DNA of 60,563 nt from positions 1 through 60,563 of the IMG/VR virus record IMGVR_UViG_3300036828_000612; one strand, given 5' to 3'. A model generated the notes under the pieces. That model did no database searches. It worked only from the letters and a program-made list of their open reading frames with translations, and was not told where the DNA came from. This DNA comes from a virus (Duplodnaviria > Caudoviricetes). Position numbers and translations under genes: made by a program. Each line of letters begins with the position of its first letter. The stretch's first letter is position 1. Shown one piece after another: positions 17,289 through 26,038 of this stretch.

Positions 17289-17879
17289 CTACCTAGGATG
17301 AACCAACACGGCGTCCGGAGCGCCTGTCACGGGCGTTGTCGGCACTCTGCCGGTATAGAGGGTCAACACAACGACAATCATGATGCTGACAAATGACACA
17401 CAGAGTCCGACGATGCCCAGGATGGTGCCAACGGACATGGCGGTGTCCTGCCTCACCTCACGGACCACGACCGCAGCACTTTCGGTCCGGTTCAGCCGGC
17501 CGGCAATGTCCTGCAGCTTGTCGTCCATGGCAGTGCGGTTGGTGGCCATCACAATCTTTAGGCTGTCGATTTCTTTGGTGACCCCGCGCTCGGTCTTCTC
17601 GGCCGTGGCCTCATTCGCATGTCTTTCCTGAGTGCGACGCACATCCCGTTCGTCAAATTGCATCTGGATCGAGCTGAATTTTTCCTTATACAGCTCGGCT
17701 ATCCGTGCCATGTCCCGATCCAGCAGGGTCGGCACGCGGCGCAAATCGTCCGAAAAAATAGCCGTCGCTTTCTCCATGGCGTCGAGCCGCGTTGCGATTT
17801 GGATATACAGACTGTGCAGCCGCTGATCGAGTTCCCGCCGCATGTCAGCTACGGAAACCGGCTCGGGCACTTCGGCCAT
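17289..17879 (-). CDS. Coiled-coil protein with C-terminal TM helix
   Basis: Heptad-rich body; ILGIVGLCVSFVSIMIVVVLTL. Confidence 0.7.
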   Translation of the reverse strand: MAEVPEPVSVADMRRELDQRLHSLYIQIATRLDAMEKATAIFSDDLRRVPTLLDRDMARIAELYKEKFSSIQMQFDERDVRRTQERHANEATAEKTERGVTKEIDSLKIVMATNRTAMDDKLQDIAGRLNRTESAAVVVREVRQDTAMSVGTILGIVGLCVSFVSIMIVVVLTLYTGRVPTTPVTGAPDAVLVHPR

Positions 17880-18223
17880 CAGGTGCCCGCGGCGCCGACC
17901 ATGCAGCGGATCTGGCCGGCGATCTCGCAGGCAACCACCTTGCCGGTTGGATTGTCATAGCGTTTCAGGATGTATTTCGGATCGACCGGCAGCGCTTCCG
18001 GCATGGATGGCAACCGCACCCAGTAGACACCATCGCGGATATCCCACTCAACCGCACAGTCGCAATCCACCTGATTGCAGCACAACCCCATGCCATCCGG
18101 GCGCATCAGGGACGTGAACCATGCCGCAAAAGCTGGATCATTCAGCTCCGAGCAATGCATCGGCGAGTGCGCGCTAGCCGACGCGCCAGCCAGTATGAGA
18201 CAGATTGCAAAGAGTAAACGCAT
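17879..18223 (-). CDS. Secreted Cys-rich phage protein
   Basis: Signal peptide; WFTSLMRP...CCNQVDC...NPTG...C...C. Confidence 0.7.
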   Translation of the reverse strand: MRLLFAICLILAGASASAHSPMHCSELNDPAFAAWFTSLMRPDGMGLCCNQVDCDCAVEWDIRDGVYWVRLPSMPEALPVDPKYILKRYDNPTGKVVACEIAGQIRCMVGAAGT

Positions 18224-18229
18224 GTCAGC

Positions 18230-21200
18230 TCACCATTGGATTAACAGGAGAATTTGCCGGCTGATTATCCTGCCTTGCACGTCGTGCCATGAGACGATCG
18301 TGGTATAGGTCTTGCCAACCGTGCCGCCCGAAAGCTGCGCCTGAATGCGCGGGCCGGGGTCCGTATAGGGCACGCCCGGCGGTATGATGACCTGCCGTAC
18401 CCCCAAGTCCACGCTGACAGAGCCAACAACGAGCGGATTGGTATCGCCATGGATCGGCACGACCGCCACCGCCGGGGTGTTGACGGAGTCGCCCGCCGGG
18501 AGCCATCGCGCCAGGCTTACCCAATACAAATCCGTGTCTGCACTGGCCGCCGGTGACCATTGGGGGGGCGCCTGGGGCATCGTATTATCGTCCGGTTGCA
18601 GCAAGACTGTGCGTGCGTCGGGCCACAGCAGCATGGCCCGGATATCGGGAGACAGAACGATCGCGCGCGCATCTGGCGCCAGCAGATTGGCGCGCACGTC
18701 AGATGCTTCGACGATTGCCCGAATGTCGGGTGAGAGTGCGAATTCACGGCCGGGCAGCGGCGACCGCGCGCTGCTGAGCGCCTGCGTCGGGTAAAGCCGC
18801 TGCGGCTGTGGGTCCGGTGGCTGCCAGGCGCCTGCGACCACCCGCATTGACGTGACGCGCGCCGGGTAGCCGAACGGCGGCGGATTGACCACCGGCGGCG
18901 GGATGAACACCGCCACGTAGTGAATCACCGGCACCGCGAGCGGCACCGGCTCCCATGCGCGCAGGACGTCCTGCTGCCACCGCCGGCTGACGATCGGTGG
19001 ATTGTCCACCGAGAGCGTCTGGCGCGCCGGGCGCTGCCACGGCATCGGATCCGGCGGCTGCCAGGCCCATGGCGCCACCTGCCTCCACTCCACGCTCGAA
19101 CGAAGCGGCGGCGGGTCTACGCTGACGATCTGTGCCGGTCGGCGCAGCATCGGCGCCGGCTCGGGCGCAACCCACGCGCTGAGCACCGTTGTAAGCCACG
19201 GCCAGAGGCTGACCGGCTGCGCCGCAGCAATGGCCGCGGAGAACGGAATAAGCCGCGTGGTGGGAGCCTGTGGCGGCCCGGGCGGGGTATCCCACGAGGA
19301 ACGGACGATCGCCGCTTGCAACGCGAAATCGATGCCCGGCGGATTGTCCACCCGCACCCCGGTGAACTGCGCTGGCAAGTTCCGCGGCAACGTCGGCAAC
19401 GGATCCGGCGGGATCCAGGCTCCCATCACGGTCGAAACCCAGCGGGTCGTAATGCCGGGCGGATTGTCGGACCGAACGCCGGTGATAGCGAGCGGCAGAT
19501 ACCGCAACAGCGTGGGCTGCGGATCGGGCGGCACCCATGAGCCGAGGACCGCTTGCACCCAGTTGGTCGTGATGCCGGGCGGCTGGTCGACGCGGACCGC
19601 CGTGAGCTGGGCCGGGAGGTTCCGCGGTAGTGTGGGCGGAGGGTCCGGCGGCACCCATGAGAGCGAAACCCGCAGGTGCGCCGTGAGGCCAGGGCTAACG
19701 CCCGGCGGCCGGTCAACCGAGACGATCTGCCGGGGAGGCAATTGCCACGGTGCCGGGTCTGGCGGCTGCCAAGCCGTTATGAGCGGCGGCAGCCAGGCGC
19801 CAGAGCGCACTGGCGGGTTGTCGACCGAGACAGTCTGCCGGGGCGGACGCTGCCACGGCGCCGGATTGGGCGGCACCCACGACTGAAGGAGCGCCGCATA
19901 TTCGGGCTGTGCCGGGATGTAGCCGCCGATCGGCGGCTGGTCGACCTGTACCGCCGTGATCGACGGCGGCAGGTTCCGCGGCAGCGTGGGCGCTGGATCC
20001 GGTGGCGTCCAGGCCGAGACGATGCCCGAGAGCCATGGCCACAAAACCGCCGGTTGCGGCGCAATGACGGCCGTCGTGCCTTGTGCCAGGAAGGGCCCGC
20101 GCTGCGACGGCGGGTCCGGCGGCTGCCAGGTTCCCAGGATATGCGGCAACCACCCACCGGAACGCGCCGGCGGCTGGTCGACCTGCACCGCCGTGAACTG
20201 CGCCGGGAGGTTGCGTGGCAGCGTGGGCTGCGGATCTGGCGGCACCCACGAGAGCGAAACCCGCAAGTGCGCTGTAAGCCCGGGGTTTACACCCGGCGGC
20301 CGATCAACCGAGACGGTCTGCCGCGGCGGCATCTGCCATGGTGCCGGGTCGGGAGGTGTCCAGGCGGCCAGGATGTGTGGCAACCACGCGCCAGAGTGCA
20401 CCGGCGGTCGGTCGACCGAGACAGTCTGCCGGGGCGGCATCTGCCACGGCTGAGGATCGGGCGGCTGCCAGGTTCCGAGGATATGCGGCAGCCACGCGCC
20501 GGAGTGCACCGGCGGCTGATCGACCGAAACTATCTGTCGTGGCGGTAGCTGCCACGGTTGCGGATCGGGCGGCACCCACGACTGAAGCATAGTCGTGTAT
20601 TCTGGCTGTGCCGGGATGTAGCCACCAATTGGTGGCTGATCGATTTGCGCCGGCGCAGGGCCAGCCGGGAAAACGCGGGGAATGAGCGCCTGATGCGGCA
20701 GCAAACCACCCGGATGACGCGACCGCGGCTGGTGTCCGAAAAGGACAGGCCCGCTCGGGGTATACGTCGCAACGATGATGCCTTGGGCGCCGGCACCTCC
20801 CGTCGACCCGAAACTATTACCCCCACCACCGCCGCCATAAAGACCGCCCGTGCCAGCCGTGAGGCCACCACCATTACCAGCGCCACCGCCGCCACCGCCC
20901 GGCCCTGCCGTTGTGCTATCGGATGTCTGCGTCCATTTCGCCGGACCCGTTGCCCCATTCCCGGCGCTCTGGGCAAAGCTGCCGCCGCCGCCGCCAGCGC
21001 CAGTGCCAGCCGTGCCAGCCGTGCCAGGACTGCCCCCGGTGCCGTGGCCGGTCCCGCCGGTACCGTCGCCGCCATTGCCGCCAGTAGAGCCAGAGTTTGA
21101 GGCTCCGGCAGTAGACGAGCCACCATCCGACCCGCCGCCGCCGCTACCTGCATTCGTGCTGGCAATGGTGGCGCCGCCGTTTTTGCCGGCGCCATCTGGC

Positions 21201-21886
21201 CCAGCAGCGCCGCCGCCGCCTGTGGAACCGCTGCCGGTCGTTGATGTGCCGCCAGAGCCACCGGAGAACGCGCCCGTCGTCGGCACGCAAGATGCCGCCG
21301 CGCCGCCCGCACCAGGCGTCGTGCCGGATGCATTTGCGCCCCGCTTGGCGGTAAGCGACGCCCCGACTATCGAGTCATTGCCGCTACCGCCAGAACCAAG
21401 CGTGTAAGTCGCGGTGCCGCTTGGCGTTAACGTGACATTGGGCGCTATGGCATAAGCACCGCCACCGCCGCCGGTATTGCTATTTGATCCTGCGGAACTG
21501 GTGCCGTTGCCGCCCTCGCCGATCCCTTCTATCGTATTGGAGGCGCTGTTCCAATCGGCCGGCACCGGCCACGATTGACTAACGCCCGTCGTGGTAATGA
21601 ACGCCGTGGTCGCCGCTGCCCACGGAAAGATCCCATCCCAGAACCAAGCGCGCGATGGACAGTCCGCCAGATGTCCAGGCCAGCCGCAGATCGCCTGACC
21701 CCATGCGTCATTCTCGACCGTGCAGATGGTCGTATAGACAGAGTTCCGCCCCGGCACCGGCTGCGGGCAGACGCTCTCAGTTCGGAGACGCAGCAGCGTC
21801 TTGCGATCGGGGAGCCGGATGTCCCGGTAGGTGGACGGGCCACCGTAGACGAAAAGCGGGCTATAGCGCTGGCGGTGGTCAGTCAT
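18230..21886 (-). CDS. Large virion/fibre protein: Gly-rich domain, ~16 WxPPDP repeats, C-terminal fibre-adaptor-like domain
   Basis: SWPVPADWN...GGGGGAY Gly-rich domain; Pro/Trp repeats; C-terminal WLPAGD...LSGGTVGKTY...GRIISR. Confidence 0.75.
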   Translation of the reverse strand: MTDHRQRYSPLFVYGGPSTYRDIRLPDRKTLLRLRTESVCPQPVPGRNSVYTTICTVENDAWGQAICGWPGHLADCPSRAWFWDGIFPWAAATTAFITTTGVSQSWPVPADWNSASNTIEGIGEGGNGTSSAGSNSNTGGGGGAYAIAPNVTLTPSGTATYTLGSGGSGNDSIVGASLTAKRGANASGTTPGAGGAAASCVPTTGAFSGGSGGTSTTGSGSTGGGGAAGPDGAGKNGGATIASTNAGSGGGGSDGGSSTAGASNSGSTGGNGGDGTGGTGHGTGGSPGTAGTAGTGAGGGGGSFAQSAGNGATGPAKWTQTSDSTTAGPGGGGGGAGNGGGLTAGTGGLYGGGGGGNSFGSTGGAGAQGIIVATYTPSGPVLFGHQPRSRHPGGLLPHQALIPRVFPAGPAPAQIDQPPIGGYIPAQPEYTTMLQSWVPPDPQPWQLPPRQIVSVDQPPVHSGAWLPHILGTWQPPDPQPWQMPPRQTVSVDRPPVHSGAWLPHILAAWTPPDPAPWQMPPRQTVSVDRPPGVNPGLTAHLRVSLSWVPPDPQPTLPRNLPAQFTAVQVDQPPARSGGWLPHILGTWQPPDPPSQRGPFLAQGTTAVIAPQPAVLWPWLSGIVSAWTPPDPAPTLPRNLPPSITAVQVDQPPIGGYIPAQPEYAALLQSWVPPNPAPWQRPPRQTVSVDNPPVRSGAWLPPLITAWQPPDPAPWQLPPRQIVSVDRPPGVSPGLTAHLRVSLSWVPPDPPPTLPRNLPAQLTAVRVDQPPGITTNWVQAVLGSWVPPDPQPTLLRYLPLAITGVRSDNPPGITTRWVSTVMGAWIPPDPLPTLPRNLPAQFTGVRVDNPPGIDFALQAAIVRSSWDTPPGPPQAPTTRLIPFSAAIAAAQPVSLWPWLTTVLSAWVAPEPAPMLRRPAQIVSVDPPPLRSSVEWRQVAPWAWQPPDPMPWQRPARQTLSVDNPPIVSRRWQQDVLRAWEPVPLAVPVIHYVAVFIPPPVVNPPPFGYPARVTSMRVVAGAWQPPDPQPQRLYPTQALSSARSPLPGREFALSPDIRAIVEASDVRANLLAPDARAIVLSPDIRAMLLWPDARTVLLQPDDNTMPQAPPQWSPAASADTDLYWVSLARWLPAGDSVNTPAVAVVPIHGDTNPLVVGSVSVDLGVRQVIIPPGVPYTDPGPRIQAQLSGGTVGKTYTTIVSWHDVQGRIISRQILLLIQW

Positions 21887-21905
21887 GGACTGGCACCGCC
21901 CGGCT

Positions 21906-22490
21906 CTAGAAGGATGCGATCGCGCCGATATCGACCCGAGCGAAATGCACCGTGAGCGAACCCGTGGCTACGGTCTGCGTAAAGAACATGTCAAACGGGT
22001 TGGTAACCGTGGTGTCAAAGTTCGTCGACACTGCTGCGGGGGCGCTGTCAATGCCGCTCGACGATGCCGACAGAGCATTGCCGGGCGCCGGACCCGTTGT
22101 CGCCACAGCCTGATTGATCAGCGCTTCCGAGGTGAACTTGCTCATGCCGAAGAAGCTGGCAGTGCCGGCCAGCCCGGTTACGCGGACCGTGCCGATGATA
22201 TCCAGCCACCACGGCAGCGTAGTCTTAGCGATGATGTTGAGCGACATAGCGCCGCTGTCGAAAAAAATCTGATTGTTCAGCCGCAGATCGAACCTGGCGG
22301 TGCCGGGAGTGGTCACGGCGCACGAGATGCGGCCCCATGCGATAACGTGAATCGTTGTGCCCTGCACGAGAGTATTGGGGGGGATGCTGAAGTTGGCTGT
22401 CTTCGGCAGACACGTTGCCGCCGCCGCCGCGGTCAGTATCGGGCCGTCCTCTTTGGTTATGAGATATGGCTGAAAATAACCGCCGGGCAT
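21906..22490 (-). CDS. Putative virion protein (beta-sandwich)
   Basis: Thr/Ala/Gly-rich; FSIPPNTL...AWGRIS; in the fibre module. Confidence 0.6.
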   Translation of the reverse strand: MPGGYFQPYLITKEDGPILTAAAAATCLPKTANFSIPPNTLVQGTTIHVIAWGRISCAVTTPGTARFDLRLNNQIFFDSGAMSLNIIAKTTLPWWLDIIGTVRVTGLAGTASFFGMSKFTSEALINQAVATTGPAPGNALSASSSGIDSAPAAVSTNFDTTVTNPFDMFFTQTVATGSLTVHFARVDIGAIASF

Positions 22491-22501
22491 GGTTCAATCC
22501 T

Positions 22502-23908
22502 TTATTTGCGCCAGTGAGCGGACCGAAGCGCCACAAGCTCGGCAACCCGGTCGGTGACCGTGCTGATGACCCCTGGCCAGTCACCGTCCCGTGTCTGCTT
22601 GAAGCAGCGCATAGATGGATACCACGGCGTAGTGTCCTGTCCGGCAAGCCAGAGCCAATACGTGCGGAACTTTGTCAGCAAGACGAATGTCGGCACCCCA
22701 ACAGTGCCGGCCATGTGCGCAACCGAGGTGTCGCAGGTAATCATCAGATCCAGACAGCCCATAGCGTGCGCGGTCTCGCGGAAGTCGGTAAATCGCGGAC
22801 CGAGATTGAGAATATCGAGACCCTGCAATGCCTCACGGTCACTGTCTCGAACGGTCTGCTGGAACCCATAGAACCGGACCGGATGCTTGCGCGCCAGAGC
22901 GACCAGCGGCGCTAGCAACGCGGCGGGGATCGTGCGATGCGCGTCATACTTGGACTCTGGGTTCCCGGCCCAGCACAACCCAATATTGTAGCGCCCGCTG
23001 TTCGGCTGCATCTGGTGCAGCCATTTCATGAACCCTTCCTCGTCGGGCCTGATGATGATGGTCGGTCGCGGCACGGTCTCAAGCGTCGTGTTGAAACAAT
23101 ACGCCAGACTCATGAGCCGCACCCAGTAGTCGGTGCGCGGCCACGATTCCGGGTCCTCGGTGCAGAATGTAACCCCGGTCATGCCATCGAGCAGCGGCGT
23201 GAGACCTGGGTGCACGACAGCATAAACGTGTGCCCCGCGGTCCACCATCATCGGCAGGTAGCGGGAAAACTGGATTGTATCGCCCGAACCCATCTCGGCA
23301 TGAACGAGGATTGTACGCCCCATAAGGGACTGATCGCCGATCCATTCCTCGCCGCCTGCTGCCGGGACCTCGTCCTTTTCTCGGTTCTCGAAATCGCGGA
23401 AGCCTTCCATGTAGTTCCCCAATACGAGATTGGCGAACCCCCGAGCATATTCTATGTTGCCATATGACGCGCTCGGCGCAAGCTTGAGCGAGCGTTCGAA
23501 ATCCTCAATGGCCTCGTGCCATTGTTCGACCTGCATTCGCAGAAGACCACGATTATAGAGCGCAGTCGCGTTATTCGGCGAAAGCCGCAGCAGGTCATCC
23601 AATGTTCGCAAAGCGTCGTGCGACCGCCCTGTCTCGCCGAGCGCGGTCGCCTTATTCAACGCTGTCGCAATCAGCTGTGTCAGACTGACGGCGCCAGCCC
23701 GATCATACCATCTGATTGCCTCGTCGTACTGCTTCAGAGAAGAATGGCATAACGCGACGCCGTGCACCGCGTCGTAATTGCCGTTCTCGGCAATCGCGAC
23801 GCCTTGATACACACGCGCTGCCTCGGCATAGTGGCCTGCCGAGAACAGCTTGTGCGCAAGCGACATTCCATCCGCTGGATTTAGATCCATGCGTTCCATG
23901 GGCGTCAC
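22502..23908 (-). CDS. TPR-repeat glycosyltransferase (GT9/heptosyltransferase-like GT-B)
   Basis: About five TPRs, then HAEMGSGDTIQFSRY, IGLCWAGNP, DLMITCDTSVAHMAGTVGVP, TPWYPSMRCFKQ. Confidence 0.9.
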   Translation of the reverse strand: MTPMERMDLNPADGMSLAHKLFSAGHYAEAARVYQGVAIAENGNYDAVHGVALCHSSLKQYDEAIRWYDRAGAVSLTQLIATALNKATALGETGRSHDALRTLDDLLRLSPNNATALYNRGLLRMQVEQWHEAIEDFERSLKLAPSASYGNIEYARGFANLVLGNYMEGFRDFENREKDEVPAAGGEEWIGDQSLMGRTILVHAEMGSGDTIQFSRYLPMMVDRGAHVYAVVHPGLTPLLDGMTGVTFCTEDPESWPRTDYWVRLMSLAYCFNTTLETVPRPTIIIRPDEEGFMKWLHQMQPNSGRYNIGLCWAGNPESKYDAHRTIPAALLAPLVALARKHPVRFYGFQQTVRDSDREALQGLDILNLGPRFTDFRETAHAMGCLDLMITCDTSVAHMAGTVGVPTFVLLTKFRTYWLWLAGQDTTPWYPSMRCFKQTRDGDWPGVISTVTDRVAELVALRSAHWRK

Positions 23909-23914
23909 ACCGGG

Positions 23915-24403
23915 TTAGACTTCGCGATACACCAGGCCAGCAACCCATACCGTCAGGTTGGCAGGAGCCACCGGGAAATAGAGCTCCAGGCCGAGACCGA
24001 GGCCGGCAGGCATCACGCGGGTTTCCGCCGGCGTCGGAACATGCAGCCACCCGTTCAGCACGTTGAACGCGTCTTCCCAATAGAGCGCCTGCACCCCGGC
24101 GCCCTCAGCGGATGCATTGATACCGGCCGTGCCAATGGCGCCGGCCGTGCCGCCGACAATGTAGGATGCGTTCGGGTCGGATGGCTTCAGTTTGGCCGGG
24201 GTCGTGGTCACCAGTGTCGGAAAGATCGACGCCTTGGATGCCAGCTGGATACGCTGCTGGGCCGACGTGGCGTTCGCTGCCTGGCCCACCCAGAAACGCA
24301 TGAATTCCAGGTTGGGGTTGGGTGCCGCGCCGGGAGCAATATAAACCATCGTAGTGGCGCCTGCCACGCTGATGGATGAGGTGGAAATCGAAAACTCACG
24401 CAT
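23915..24403 (-). CDS. Putative virion protein
   Basis: AGGAG RBS; FNVLNGWLHVPTPAE motif; beta-rich. Confidence 0.6.
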   Translation of the reverse strand: MREFSISTSSISVAGATTMVYIAPGAAPNPNLEFMRFWVGQAANATSAQQRIQLASKASIFPTLVTTTPAKLKPSDPNASYIVGGTAGAIGTAGINASAEGAGVQALYWEDAFNVLNGWLHVPTPAETRVMPAGLGLGLELYFPVAPANLTVWVAGLVYREV

Positions 24404-24427
24404 GGTTATCTCCTGTGTGGAACGCTC

Positions 24428-24745
24428 TCAGATGAAATGCCGGCGGTTACGGCTGAATGACTTCCAGCCGCTCTTTCCGAAGATGCGCACGAGCTTGCCG
24501 TCATAGGTGATCCGGCTCGCAAACTCTCCGGTATCAACGTCATTGCGAAGGACGTTGAATTCCATATGGACGTTGTATTCCGTCCCGAGACTGAAGACCG
24601 CGCCATCGCTGTCGGTGATGATCAGCGCGGGAGGTATTTCGACATAGGCATGGGTTTTGTTCTCACGCCGCCACAGCTCGCCACCGAGGCGGCCGATCAG
24701 CAGATGCGCGTCGTCAGAGCCGCGCGGGAAACGTGCTGTCCGCAT
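24428..24745 (-). CDS. Hypothetical protein
   Basis: Likely start MRTARF just after the fibre gene stop. Confidence 0.55.
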   Translation of the reverse strand: MRTARFPRGSDDAHLLIGRLGGELWRRENKTHAYVEIPPALIITDSDGAVFSLGTEYNVHMEFNVLRNDVDTGEFASRITYDGKLVRIFGKSGWKSFSRNRRHFI

Positions 24746-24750
24746 TGGAA

Positions 24751-26007
24751 CTACCACTCGATGGTGACAACGCCATTGCCACCGAATGTGCCGCTGACGG
24801 TCTGTGTTGTGAGTGTGTAAGGAGCTCCACCACCGACACCAGGTGCCCCGCCGACTTGGGCGGCATTGACAGCCGCGCGTCTTCCGCCTGCCCAGTAAGA
24901 AGAGCCCGATAAGCCGGGCCAATAATCGCCGTTGGCCACATTCGAGCCGTCAGAACCGTCGCCACCGCGCAGGTTGAGCTGTCCGCCAGATGCTCCGCCA
25001 CCGACGCCACCGTTTACACCGGAGGCACCAGCACCCTGGCCGCCGTTCCCAATCAATGCGCCGAACGAACTAGCGGTACCACTGGCTGCCGTAGACAGAG
25101 CTGCCGCACCGGCACCAGCAGTGCCGACCGTGATGGTCATCGATGTCCCTGGCGTTAGAGCGACGACGCCAAGTGCCGTGCCGCCACCACCGCCAGAGGC
25201 GCCAACGTGACTTGCTGGATTGCAGCCCGAGGACCCGCCGCCTGCACCGGTCACGGTGACTTTCGCCGACGTTACACCGTTCGGCACAACCCATGTGGTA
25301 CTCGATCCAAACGTCTGCAAATTGGAATAGCCGAACAAGCTGCCGACCCCGAGTTTTTCGGGAATGAATGGGGCGCCGGGAAACGGGTTTATGTTGCCCG
25401 CCAGAAGCGTAGCAGTGCCGTTCGCGATGGTTACCACCCACAAGCCAATCCAGCCGATGTCAGGCGCTGGCGTGGTCTGCGAGCCCGTCGTAGCTGCGAC
25501 ACCGGCCTTGACCTGCAAGCTGACCGTCTGCGTGCGTATCGTGTTCTGCGCGGCCCCGGTGTTGGCCGGCCCACCGAAGGGGATGGCTGGATTGGCGCTA
25601 TTGTAATATGGCAGCACGACAGGACTGCCATCCGTTTCGGCGAAGCTGGCTTCGATCAGGAAATTCTGCGATTGGCCGGCTGACGATGGCGCGGTGAACG
25701 GCCCAATGGTGGTCGTGGTTAGATTGGTGCCGATTTTCATAAGCGTGTCGGCGGTATCGAGCGGCAGGGAGCCGAAGCCCGCCGCGAGTGTATCTACGGT
25801 CGTATTGAATAGAATCGACCCAGGGCCGATGCTCACCGACATGGACGCCGGGCTTGTCGGAATGCATAGCAGTCCGTCCGCAACGGTGCTGGTGCCGAAC
25901 GCAGCGCGCAGAATGAACCCCACCGCAATCTCCAGATTGCGTTGCGGCTGCAAAAGATCGATGTCGAGCGGGATGGCGCCCGGATAAACAATGCGCTTGT
26001 CGGTTAT
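24751..26007 (-). CDS. Baseplate-attached tail fibre with Gly-rich C-terminus; probable ATA start
   Basis: Frame open upstream of TTG 25953 as (I)TDKRIVYPGAIPLDIDLL; VLPYYNSANP and QTTPAPDIGW motifs. Confidence 0.75.
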   Translation of the reverse strand: MTDKRIVYPGAIPLDIDLLQPQRNLEIAVGFILRAAFGTSTVADGLLCIPTSPASMSVSIGPGSILFNTTVDTLAAGFGSLPLDTADTLMKIGTNLTTTTIGPFTAPSSAGQSQNFLIEASFAETDGSPVVLPYYNSANPAIPFGGPANTGAAQNTIRTQTVSLQVKAGVAATTGSQTTPAPDIGWIGLWVVTIANGTATLLAGNINPFPGAPFIPEKLGVGSLFGYSNLQTFGSSTTWVVPNGVTSAKVTVTGAGGGSSGCNPASHVGASGGGGGTALGVVALTPGTSMTITVGTAGAGAAALSTAASGTASSFGALIGNGGQGAGASGVNGGVGGGASGGQLNLRGGDGSDGSNVANGDYWPGLSGSSYWAGGRRAAVNAAQVGGAPGVGGGAPYTLTTQTVSGTFGGNGVVTIEW

Positions 26008-26038
26008 GACACGAGACTCCGGCTAATGGTGCGAACGC

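Noticed and set aside
20760-21520. PE-PGRS-like or collagen-like host gene
   Set aside because: Gly-rich tract typical of phage fibre proteins, with no PE domain or Gly-X-Y register.
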